This document shows, one piece after another, positions 18,637-27,582 of a stretch of DNA of 64,000 nt. The stretch is from contig NZ_CANMBB010000001.1 in the NCBI RefSeq assembly GCF_947495965.1, positions 521,728 through 585,727 of the forward strand, written 5' to 3'. Below the pieces are notes generated by a model. The model did no database searches and had not been told where the DNA came from. It worked only from the letters and a program-made list of their open reading frames with translations. The stretch is from an uncultured Maribacter sp. (GTDB lineage Bacteria; Bacteroidota; Bacteroidia; Flavobacteriales; Flavobacteriaceae). Each line of letters opens with the position of its first letter. Positions within the stretch are counted from its first letter, which is position 1. Position numbers and translations under genes: made by a program.

Positions 18637-20688
18637 ATGAGGAATTTAAATAAGAAATACAGTTGTTTTTATAGACAAACAATAGCTTTTTTAGCTTTTG
18701 TTATGTTGTGCTGCACTTCTATTTTACATGCTCAACAAAAACAAATTTTAAATAATAAAGAATTTAACAACACAAACTTACTAGTTACTAATAGTCCTCT
18801 TAAAAGTAAATTAGATTACTCTTTTAATACGAACAAATCCTCTTTTTTTACTTACAAAAAAAGCAATGTAAACTTTACTTCTTTAACCACTAAAAAAATA
18901 AATAAAGATCCTTTAGAAAGCTCCAAGAATATTTGGTATGCAGTGCCAAAACCTATTTCTTTTAGCACTTATTCCCCTTATGGTAAAAAAGCATGGCCTC
19001 TTCTATTTATTGGTACATTTTTTATAAGTATCTTATTAATATCATGGTATTATAAACAGTTACGAATTAATGAAAAAAACATATTTAAAGTTCAAGAGGC
19101 TGCCAATGAAATTAACCGATTAAAATTACATTTTTTCACAACTATTAATCATGATTTTAAGTCGCCACTCACAAATATTCTAAATCCTTTAGAGGAACTT
19201 TTAGCACTAAAAACCAATGATGCTTTTATTGAAACTAAACTAAAATCTATTGAATCTAATGTAAAACAACTCATTGGTGTTGTTAACGAATTAACAGACT
19301 ACAGAAAAATAGAAATTGGGGAATCTGAACTTGTTTTAGAAAAAGAAAATATTATAGATTTTATAAGAAATAGTATTGAGTCTCACAAAATAATAGCTCA
19401 AAATAAAAATGTACTCTTATTATTCAAAAGTAAATTATTAGTCTCTGATGTTTGGTTTGATGGAGATAGGTTTGAAAAAGTAATTACTGATATTACTTAT
19501 GAATTAATACAAAATGCACAAGAAGAAAGTACTATTACAATTTCTACAGAAATACCTTCGGACTTACTTAAAATAAACCGAAAAAATAGAGAAATAGAGT
19601 GTAAGTATATTCTAATAAAACTTGAGGCAGAAAACGATACACCAGGTTTAGACACTTTAAACCGTTCAGAAGATTTTTTAAATACAAAGTATAAAGTTAT
19701 AGAAAAAATAATACAGCTACATTATGGAACTATTTCTTCTAAAACTAAAAATAGTTACGTATTAAAAATACCACTAGGAAATGTGCATTTAGTGTCTGGA
19801 GAAACCCCTAATACCTCGGAAACTAATAGCAATAACATAAAATATAATGGCGAGATTAATTCTAGTTTAGTTATAGAAAAATCAAAGCCAACGATATTAA
19901 TTTATGATAACTCTAAAAAAACAAGAAGCCTAATAAAAAAAGGTCTTCATAATAAATATTCCATTCTAGAGGCCAAAAATAGCAAAGAAGCCTTAAACCT
20001 TGCCTTAGAAAAAATTCCTAAACTTATAATTGGAGACGTATCTACAGAACAATCTAGCGGTATAGCTTTATGTTATCAACTTAAGAATAATGCAAAAACT
20101 AGTCATATTCCCATTATACTTTTATCACCATTAAATACTGTAGAAAATAGGATGGAAGGGTTTGAATCTGGTGCAGATGCTTATATTTCTAAACCTATTA
20201 AAATGGAACTTTTAAGTTTAAGAGTAGACAAATTAGTAGAATCTAGAGCATCTATTGGCAGGTATTTAAAAACACAAGAGCTTTTAACTTTAGAAGATGT
20301 TAGTATAAATTCTAATGAACAAACATTTTTAAATAAAATTATGTCTTTCTTAGAAGAGCACATGCAGAATGAATCCTATGGTGTAGATCAATTAGCAGAA
20401 GACATGAGCCTAAGTAGGTCTACATTATTTAGAAAACTAAAAAATTTAACTGGCCATGCTCCAAATGAATTTATTAGAATGATTAAACTTAAACGTGCTT
20501 CGCAGTTGCTAGCAAAAAACCAATATACAATTTCTGAAATTAGTTATTTAGTTGGGTTCAACGATCCTAATTATTTTGGCAAATGTTTTAGAAAAATGTT
20601 TGGACAATCCCCTTCATCTTATATTTCTAAATACAAAAAAAATGGGGATGACAACACGGATTTCAAAACAAATTCAACTAAAATATAA
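18637..20688 (+). CDS. Hybrid two-component-system-like regulator lacking the periplasmic sensor (TM-TM-HisKA-degenerate HATPase-REC-AraC HTH)
   Basis: 683 aa. Only about 85 residues lie between the two hydrophobic segments. H-box is HDFKSPL and the N-box-like region is ELIQNA. There is no G2 (GxGxGL) box. The receiver keeps the acceptor-Asp context (LIIGDV), S/T and K. The C-terminal AraC HTH is intact (SRSTLFRKLK...GFNDPNYFGKCFRKMFG). Confidence 0.7.
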   Translation: MRNLNKKYSCFYRQTIAFLAFVMLCCTSILHAQQKQILNNKEFNNTNLLVTNSPLKSKLDYSFNTNKSSFFTYKKSNVNFTSLTTKKINKDPLESSKNIWYAVPKPISFSTYSPYGKKAWPLLFIGTFFISILLISWYYKQLRINEKNIFKVQEAANEINRLKLHFFTTINHDFKSPLTNILNPLEELLALKTNDAFIETKLKSIESNVKQLIGVVNELTDYRKIEIGESELVLEKENIIDFIRNSIESHKIIAQNKNVLLLFKSKLLVSDVWFDGDRFEKVITDITYELIQNAQEESTITISTEIPSDLLKINRKNREIECKYILIKLEAENDTPGLDTLNRSEDFLNTKYKVIEKIIQLHYGTISSKTKNSYVLKIPLGNVHLVSGETPNTSETNSNNIKYNGEINSSLVIEKSKPTILIYDNSKKTRSLIKKGLHNKYSILEAKNSKEALNLALEKIPKLIIGDVSTEQSSGIALCYQLKNNAKTSHIPIILLSPLNTVENRMEGFESGADAYISKPIKMELLSLRVDKLVESRASIGRYLKTQELLTLEDVSINSNEQTFLNKIMSFLEEHMQNESYGVDQLAEDMSLSRSTLFRKLKNLTGHAPNEFIRMIKLKRASQLLAKNQYTISEISYLVGFNDPNYFGKCFRKMFGQSPSSYISKYKKNGDDNTDFKTNSTKI

Positions 20689-20738
20689 CTCAAAATTTAC
20701 TATCATATCTTAACTTTACCCAAAAGTTATCTAACGCA

Positions 20739-22028
20739 ATGAATACTAAAAACTCAACAGGTAGTATTAGAAAACGTTTTAATGTATTAACCTTAGTATT
20801 TATTTCTGTTGTCATTAATTATATAGACAGGAGTAACATTTCTGTAGCAGCATTTGCTTTAAGCCAAGATTTGAGTTTAAGCTCTATACAAATGGGATAT
20901 ATTTTTTCTGCATTTGCATGGACATATGCCATTTTTCAAATTCCAGGAGGCATCCTAGTAGATAATATAAAAGCAAGAATTCTATATCCAATAATGTTAA
21001 TATTATGGTCTATTTCTAGCTTATTACAAGGGTTTATAAATTCTTTTACCGCATTAGCAGGTTTAAGAGCTAGTAGTGGTATTTTTCAGGCTCCATCCTT
21101 TCCAACAAATAATGCCATAGCAAGCAAATGGTTTCCAGAAAAAGAAAGAGCATCTGCAATAGCTATATATACTTCTGGACAATATGTTGGACTAGCTTTT
21201 TTAACTCCTCTTTTAGTTTCTGTTCAATATTATTTAGGATGGAGAGGGTTATTTATTTTCTCAGGAATTATAGGGCTTATACTTAGCTATATATGGTACA
21301 AATTTTATAGAGATCCAAAAGACCACGAAAGTATTAGTAAAACTGAATTAGAATATATTTGTCAAGACGAGCCAAATACAATTAGTACCAACGAGAGTGA
21401 AGATGCTATAAAGTTCTCTTGGAAAGACATTAAACATGCCTTTGTACACAAAAAACTTTGGGGACTTTATATTGGTCAATTTTGTATTGGTTCTCTTATA
21501 ATATTCTTCTTAACCTGGTTCCCTACATATTTAGTACAATATAGAGGTATTGATTTTCTGGAATCTGGTTTTTTGGCTTCTATACCTTTTTTAGCTGCAT
21601 TTGTAGGTGTAATACTATCTGGATTTACATCCGACTTTTTAATCCGTAAAGGTTACAAGAAAGAAGTAGCAAGAAAATTACCAATTATATGTGGTATGCT
21701 ACTTTCTACTTGTATTATTGGAGTTAATTATACTGACAATACAAATTTTATAATTCTTTTTTTAACTATTGCTTTTTTTGGAAACGGATTTGCTAGTACA
21801 ACATGGGTTTTTGTTTCCTTAATGGCTCCAAAAAAACTCATTGGTCTTGTAGGAGGCACATTTAACTTTATTGGTTCTTCCTCTGCTGTAATTACTCCAA
21901 TTGCTATAGGTTATCTTGCCAAAAATGGAGATTTTAGACCAGCTATTTTCTTTATAACCTGCCTTACTTTTGTTGGTCTTTTATCCTTTATCTTCTTAGT
22001 TGGAAAAATTAAAAGAATTAATATTTAA
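20739..22028 (+). CDS. ACS-family MFS permease, DgoT-like (acid-sugar transporter), paralogue 1
   Basis: 429 aa. Matches include NYIDRSN, GYIFSAFAWTYAIFQIPGG, GLRASSGIFQAPSFPTNN and WFPEKERASAIAIYTSGQYVGLAFLTPLL, close to remembered E. coli DgoT. Confidence 0.8.
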   Translation: MNTKNSTGSIRKRFNVLTLVFISVVINYIDRSNISVAAFALSQDLSLSSIQMGYIFSAFAWTYAIFQIPGGILVDNIKARILYPIMLILWSISSLLQGFINSFTALAGLRASSGIFQAPSFPTNNAIASKWFPEKERASAIAIYTSGQYVGLAFLTPLLVSVQYYLGWRGLFIFSGIIGLILSYIWYKFYRDPKDHESISKTELEYICQDEPNTISTNESEDAIKFSWKDIKHAFVHKKLWGLYIGQFCIGSLIIFFLTWFPTYLVQYRGIDFLESGFLASIPFLAAFVGVILSGFTSDFLIRKGYKKEVARKLPIICGMLLSTCIIGVNYTDNTNFIILFLTIAFFGNGFASTTWVFVSLMAPKKLIGLVGGTFNFIGSSSAVITPIAIGYLAKNGDFRPAIFFITCLTFVGLLSFIFLVGKIKRINI

Positions 22029-22409
22029 GAGTTTTATTCAAAAAAATACAGGTTTTCTAAATCTTCCTTAAAAATTTTACAACATATTACCCAAAATAAC
22101 CTTTGTGCTTTCTAGAGTATACTAGATAATACCTGAACATATAGTAAAAAAAGGTAAATAACGGTCATATATAGGTATTAAAAGACCAAAATACTAGAAA
22201 CTCACACACTTTACGGGTTTTGATCATATGTTAAAAAATCCTTAACAATGACCACATTTTACCGAGCATAAATTAGCAAAAAAGCAATTTTTGCATAGGA
22301 AAAATGAGGATTTGATATTTATTAAGAATTTACTATTACTCACAGCTCTTAAAAAATTTACTTCTTCATTACCTAACTACTAAACAAATTAACTCATTAA
22401 ATCAATTTT

Positions 22410-25400
22410 ATGAAAAAACGATTAACTACTCGATTTAAACCACGCAACCTTTTGTTTGGTTTAGCAATTATGCTATTCTGCGTTACTTCTGCAGAAGCGC
22501 AGTCTACCCAAATAACAGGTAATGTAACAGACCAGCTAAACGAAGTTCTTATTGGAGCAAACATAGTTGTAAAAGGAACTACAAACGGTGTGGTTTCAGA
22601 CTTTGATGGTAATTATACACTCAAAGCTAACAAAGGAGATGTATTAGTTGTAAGCTATACTGGCTTTACTACTAAAGAAGTAACAATAGGCGATAATACA
22701 ACCATTAACATACAACTATCCGAAAGTGCAGAAGCACTCGAAGAAGTGGTTCTTATTGGGTACGGTTCTAGAAAAAAGACCGATGTTGTAACAGCTGTGA
22801 GTACTGTGGACAATGATTTTCTTGACCAACAACCATCTGCAGATGCTACAAGAGCATTACAAGGTAGTGCCTCTGGTGTAACTGTAGTAGCATCCGCAAG
22901 ACCAGGACAACAAGCACAAGTAAGGATTCGTGGTTTAGGTAGTATCAATGGTAATAACCCATTGTATATTATTGATGGTTCTATTGGAGGTTCTATACCA
23001 CCACCAGACCAAATAAAAACCATTCAAGTATTAAAAGATGCTTCATCTACTGCCATTTATGGTTCTAGAGGTGCAAATGGTGTAATATTAGTTACTACAA
23101 AATCTGGAAGAAAAAATCAGAAGGCAAAACTGCAATTAAATGTTAAAACTGGTGTTGGAAAAAGTAACGCTAAAATGGATTTAGTTACCGACCCTAATTT
23201 AATTGGCCAAATGATATGGTTAGAACAAACAAATGATGGTATTGCACCAAATCACCCACATTTTCAGTTTGACCCTAATGACATAACAGCTACTAGGGTT
23301 AATGATTATCTATTTCCAAATGGAGCATCTAACGGAGACCCTTCTACAGATCCTTCTTTATATGAGGAAAGAAACTATCCAATTACACGTACTAACCAAA
23401 ATGGTACCGATTGGTTAGAAGAAATGTATGACAGTACAGCTTTGTTGCAAGAATACGGACTTTCTGTTACTGGTGGTTCAGAAAAGACAACTTATGCATT
23501 AAATGCTAGTTTCTTTGATGAGGAAGGTATATTTAAATACAATTCTTTTAACAGATATGCTTTTAGATCTAATATAGATTCTGAAATAACGGATTGGTTA
23601 ACTATTGGTCAAAGACTAGGTGCCACTTTCACAGAAAGTAAAGGGAACACAATAGGTTTTAATGCTATAGCCGAAACAAGTCCTTTAATTCCTCTTTTAG
23701 ATGAAGGCGGAAATTATGCAGGAGGTATTGTAGGTGGTAACCTAAACGATGGTCCTAACCCAGTAGGAAGTAATTTTAGAAATAGAAGAGACCTAAGAAA
23801 AACAATGAATTTAACGGGTAACTTTTATATGCAAATAGAGCCTTTAAAAGATTTAAAGTTTAAATCTTTATTTGGATATAACATGAACTGGTTTAGTAAC
23901 CATGACCCAAGATTTGCTGATCCAGAAAACACTAACGGTTCTTTTGCAAACACCTTAAGTGAAACAAGAAACAATAGATTAACATGGAACTTTTCTAACA
24001 CACTTACCTATGCAAAAACATTTTCAGAAGTTCACAATGTAGATGTTCTTTTAGGTATGGAATCCTACAAAAGTAGTTTTGACGAAATACAAGCTGGTAG
24101 AGCAGGTTACATATCTACTAATCCAGATTTTTACTACTTAACTGCTGGAGCAGATGGTATAACAAATGATTCCAATGCTAGTGCAGGATCTTTATTTTCT
24201 TTGTTTTCTAGATTATACTACTCCTATGATAATAAATATATGATAGAAGGTACTGTTAGACGAGATGCTTCTTCCATATTTACATCAGACAAAAGAGTTG
24301 GTTACTTTCCAGCAGTATCTGCAGGTTGGGTAGTATCTAGAGAAAACTTCATGGAAGGCACTAGTGGTTGGTTAAACCAATTAAAGTTTAGAGTTGGTTG
24401 GGGTCAATCTGGTAATGACCAAATAGGCAGTAGTAGTAATATCTTTAGTACATATGGTTCTGGTTTAGGAAACTCATACTATGGTTTAGGTGGTAATGAT
24501 AACACTATTGCTTTAGGATACCAATCTATTGCTTATGGGAACCCTAATGCTGTTTGGGAAACTACAGAATCTACAAACTTTGGTATTGATGCGACTATTG
24601 TTGGTGGATTAAATTTAAGTGTAGATGTTTGGAGAAAGAAAACAAGCGATATGTTATTTCCTATAGAATTACCTGCTGTTGTAGGGCAAGCACAATTCCC
24701 AGCTGTAAACATTGGGACTATGGATAATAACGGTGTTGATATAGAACTTAGTTATAACGGTAGTGTAGGAGCTGACTTTACTTATAATATAGGGGCAAAT
24801 ATTTCTACTTATAAAAATGAAGTTACACAATTATCTGGTGGAGAAAATGATTTTGTAACAGGTAGAAGTGAAAGAGGACAAACCTATACTAGAGCAGAAA
24901 ATGGCCGTTCTTTTCCAGAATTTTATGGTTATGTTGTAGAAGGCATTTTCCAAACACAACCAGAAGCAGATGCGCATGCTACGAATGGCACTTATAACCA
25001 ACCTGGTAATCTTAAAATAAAAGATATTAGTGGTCCAAATGGCGTACCAGATGGAGAAATTACTCCAGATGATAGAACATCTATTGGAAACCCACATCCA
25101 GATTTTACTGCAGGTTTAAATTTAGGAATGCAATATAAAAACTTTGACCTTACCGCTATCTGGTATGCAAGTGTTGGTAATGACTTAATTAATTATTACA
25201 ACAGATTTACAAGATATGGTTTATTTCAAGGTCCAAAAGCATCCGATCGTTTATATAAATCTTGGGGAAGTCCATATCTAGAAAATAATGAAGATGCTGT
25301 ATTACCTAAAGCATCTAGTACAACAAGTTTTGAGCAAAACACACATTCAGATATGGTGGAAGATGGTACATTCTTGCGTCTAAAATCATTACAAATAGGA

Positions 25401-25628
25401 TACAACTTACCAAGTAATGTATTAGATAAAATAGGTGTTTCTAATATGCGTATTTATTTAATGGGAACAAACTTAATTACTCTTTTTGATGATTATTCTG
25501 GTTTAGATGTTGAAGTATTTCCTGCTTTTGATGCAAACAATCAAAATAGTGAAATAAATAAAGGTTTCGACTTTGGAACATGGCCACAACCGAAACAATT
25601 TGTCCTTGGTTTAAATATTAGTTTATAA
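22410..25628 (+). CDS. SusC-like TonB-dependent outer-membrane transporter
   Basis: 1072 aa with a signal peptide. CarboxypepD_reg-like ITGNVTD...GANIVVKGTTNGVVSDFDGNYTL, plug VVLIGYGSRKKTD and IYGSRGANGVILVTTK, and a C-terminal beta-strand ending in an aromatic/aliphatic residue. Confidence 0.9.
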   Translation: MKKRLTTRFKPRNLLFGLAIMLFCVTSAEAQSTQITGNVTDQLNEVLIGANIVVKGTTNGVVSDFDGNYTLKANKGDVLVVSYTGFTTKEVTIGDNTTINIQLSESAEALEEVVLIGYGSRKKTDVVTAVSTVDNDFLDQQPSADATRALQGSASGVTVVASARPGQQAQVRIRGLGSINGNNPLYIIDGSIGGSIPPPDQIKTIQVLKDASSTAIYGSRGANGVILVTTKSGRKNQKAKLQLNVKTGVGKSNAKMDLVTDPNLIGQMIWLEQTNDGIAPNHPHFQFDPNDITATRVNDYLFPNGASNGDPSTDPSLYEERNYPITRTNQNGTDWLEEMYDSTALLQEYGLSVTGGSEKTTYALNASFFDEEGIFKYNSFNRYAFRSNIDSEITDWLTIGQRLGATFTESKGNTIGFNAIAETSPLIPLLDEGGNYAGGIVGGNLNDGPNPVGSNFRNRRDLRKTMNLTGNFYMQIEPLKDLKFKSLFGYNMNWFSNHDPRFADPENTNGSFANTLSETRNNRLTWNFSNTLTYAKTFSEVHNVDVLLGMESYKSSFDEIQAGRAGYISTNPDFYYLTAGADGITNDSNASAGSLFSLFSRLYYSYDNKYMIEGTVRRDASSIFTSDKRVGYFPAVSAGWVVSRENFMEGTSGWLNQLKFRVGWGQSGNDQIGSSSNIFSTYGSGLGNSYYGLGGNDNTIALGYQSIAYGNPNAVWETTESTNFGIDATIVGGLNLSVDVWRKKTSDMLFPIELPAVVGQAQFPAVNIGTMDNNGVDIELSYNGSVGADFTYNIGANISTYKNEVTQLSGGENDFVTGRSERGQTYTRAENGRSFPEFYGYVVEGIFQTQPEADAHATNGTYNQPGNLKIKDISGPNGVPDGEITPDDRTSIGNPHPDFTAGLNLGMQYKNFDLTAIWYASVGNDLINYYNRFTRYGLFQGPKASDRLYKSWGSPYLENNEDAVLPKASSTTSFEQNTHSDMVEDGTFLRLKSLQIGYNLPSNVLDKIGVSNMRIYLMGTNLITLFDDYSGLDVEVFPAFDANNQNSEINKGFDFGTWPQPKQFVLGLNISL

Positions 25629-25633
25629 AAAAA

Positions 25634-27391
25634 ATGAAAATGAAGAAAATATATAAAAAAATAAGCCTTTTGGTAATTCTAGGAATTGCTGTTAGTGCTT
25701 GTAAAGATGAATTTTTAGAAGAATTCCCTAGAGGTGTTGTAACAATAGATACACTTTCTGACGAACCTGGTGCTAATCTATTATTAGTAGGAGCATATTC
25801 TGTTATTGATGGTTACTCACAAGGAGGCCCAGGTGGAGCTGGTGAAGCCTCTGCTACGAACTGGGTATGGGGAGATGTACCTTCTGATGATATGCACCGT
25901 GGAGACCAAACTGGTGGCTGGAGTGCAATAAACTTAATTGAAAGATACGAAGTAGACCCAACTAACCCATGGGTAGAAGGTTTATGGAAAGCAAATTATG
26001 ATGGTATTGCAAGAGCTAATGATGTTATTAGAGTTCTTAGAAATGCAGGAGAAAACATTCCTGCAGCAGGCGCAACACAAATTGAAGCAGAAGCTAGATG
26101 GTTAAGAGCATGGTTTCATTTTCAATTAAGAACAAAAATTGAAAAAATACCATATATAACAGAAGACGTTAACCCTGCAGAAGTTTCAAACGAAGCAGAA
26201 GTTTGGGATAATATTGAAGCAGATATTCAATGGGGTATAGATAACAATATGGATGAAACTCCAGAAATTGGTCGTGCTTCTCGTTGGGCAGCTAAAGCAT
26301 TAAAAGCTAGAGTTCATATGTTTCAAAATGAGTTTGATTTAGCAAAACCTTTATTAGACGACATTATAGATAATGGCCCATTTGTATTAATGGATCACTT
26401 TTATGATAATCATGACGAAGAAAAGCAAAACAATGCGGAAAGTATTTTTGAAATACAATACACTGTAAATGATGGTGATGCTGGAGGGCATAATGCAGGT
26501 TCAGACCATAGAACTTTATTTCCTAGAGGTGCGGATATAGGATTATGTTGCGCATATAGTGCTCCTTCTTTTGATCTTTTTAACGCCTTTAAAGTTGATG
26601 CTCAAGGATTACCTTTATTAGATACATTCCAAGATGATTTATTATTAGAAGATTATGGTTTATTAGATACAGATCCTTTTACACCAACGGCTGAACTTCT
26701 TGACCCTAGAGTAGACTGGACAATTGCAAGACGTGGAATTCCATTTTTTGATTGGGGACCAATGTCTGGTGGCGACTGGATGTTAGACCAAGCAGGAATG
26801 GGGCCTTTCTTAAACAAGAAAATAATGTTCTACAAAAGAAATTTTCAGACTATATCTATTAACACACCTACATGGTCAGCTGGTTTAAATGGTAATAACT
26901 GGAGACTATTTAGATTAGGACATATTATTCTTTGGAGAGCAGAAGTTGCTGTAGAAGAAAATGATCTAGAAACTGCAAAAGACCTAGTTAATGAGATACG
27001 TCTTAGAGCTCAGGATGATATTGTTATGGGACGAATCAGCAATACTACTTTTGGATCTGATGACCCAATAGTTATTGATGAATCACAACCCGCTGCAAAT
27101 TACTTATTAGGATTGTATCCTTCTTTTCCTGATCAAGATTATGCAAGAAAAGCAGTTCGTCATGAAACAAGATTAGAGTTTGCATTAGAAGGTATGCGCT
27201 TTCAAGATTTAGTTCGTTGGGGTATAGATGCTGAAACTATGAATTCATATTTAGCATCAGAATTATCTGCTAACAAATTACCTTGGATTCAAGGAGCAAA
27301 TTACACCGCTGGTCAAGATGATCATTTTCCTGTACCACAAACGCAGTTAGATTTACAATCTGGTGTATTAACACAAGACCCTGCATATTAA
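25634..27391 (+). CDS. SusD/RagB-family outer-membrane lipoprotein
   Basis: 585 aa. Starts 5 nt after SusC, has a lipobox (AVSAC), and contains TPR-like SusD motifs (ARWLRAWFHFQL, RLEFALEGMRFQDLVRWG). Confidence 0.85.
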   Translation: MKMKKIYKKISLLVILGIAVSACKDEFLEEFPRGVVTIDTLSDEPGANLLLVGAYSVIDGYSQGGPGGAGEASATNWVWGDVPSDDMHRGDQTGGWSAINLIERYEVDPTNPWVEGLWKANYDGIARANDVIRVLRNAGENIPAAGATQIEAEARWLRAWFHFQLRTKIEKIPYITEDVNPAEVSNEAEVWDNIEADIQWGIDNNMDETPEIGRASRWAAKALKARVHMFQNEFDLAKPLLDDIIDNGPFVLMDHFYDNHDEEKQNNAESIFEIQYTVNDGDAGGHNAGSDHRTLFPRGADIGLCCAYSAPSFDLFNAFKVDAQGLPLLDTFQDDLLLEDYGLLDTDPFTPTAELLDPRVDWTIARRGIPFFDWGPMSGGDWMLDQAGMGPFLNKKIMFYKRNFQTISINTPTWSAGLNGNNWRLFRLGHIILWRAEVAVEENDLETAKDLVNEIRLRAQDDIVMGRISNTTFGSDDPIVIDESQPAANYLLGLYPSFPDQDYARKAVRHETRLEFALEGMRFQDLVRWGIDAETMNSYLASELSANKLPWIQGANYTAGQDDHFPVPQTQLDLQSGVLTQDPAY

Positions 27392-27420
27392 AAATTTTGT
27401 TTGAGTTGAGTTTTGAGCTA

Positions 27421-27465
27421 AGAACGGCAAGTAACTTTTTTAAGTAAACTGCCGTTCTTTTTTTA
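27421..27465 (+). terminator. Rho-independent terminator/attenuator after susD
   Basis: AGAACGGCA (27421-27429) pairs with TGCCGTTCT (27450-27458), followed by T7. Confidence 0.7.
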
Positions 27466-27582
27466 CCTAAAAAACGTACTAATATTTTATAATAAACACA
27501 TTAGTTACTTCATATTAATCATCCGTGCTGTTAATACTATTAATATCCACATAATTTCGTAAGGACTTTAAAAAGAAAGAAA

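Noticed and set aside
22276-22294. Inverted repeat GCAAAAA-AGCAA-TTTTTGC as a stand-alone regulatory element.
   Set aside because: The 7-bp stem is almost pure A/T in an AT-rich spacer, so it is expected by chance. I mention it only within the long-leader finding.
22655-23023. 122-aa antisense ORF inside susC. Similar long antisense or alternative-frame ORFs occur at 51420-51803, 35039-35398, 37330-37641, 53037-53324, 10911-11195 and 27963-28145.
   Set aside because: Each lies entirely within a gene that has strong family-level motifs. The translated sequences are low-complexity or hydrophobic with no recognisable motifs. They are the usual shadow ORFs.
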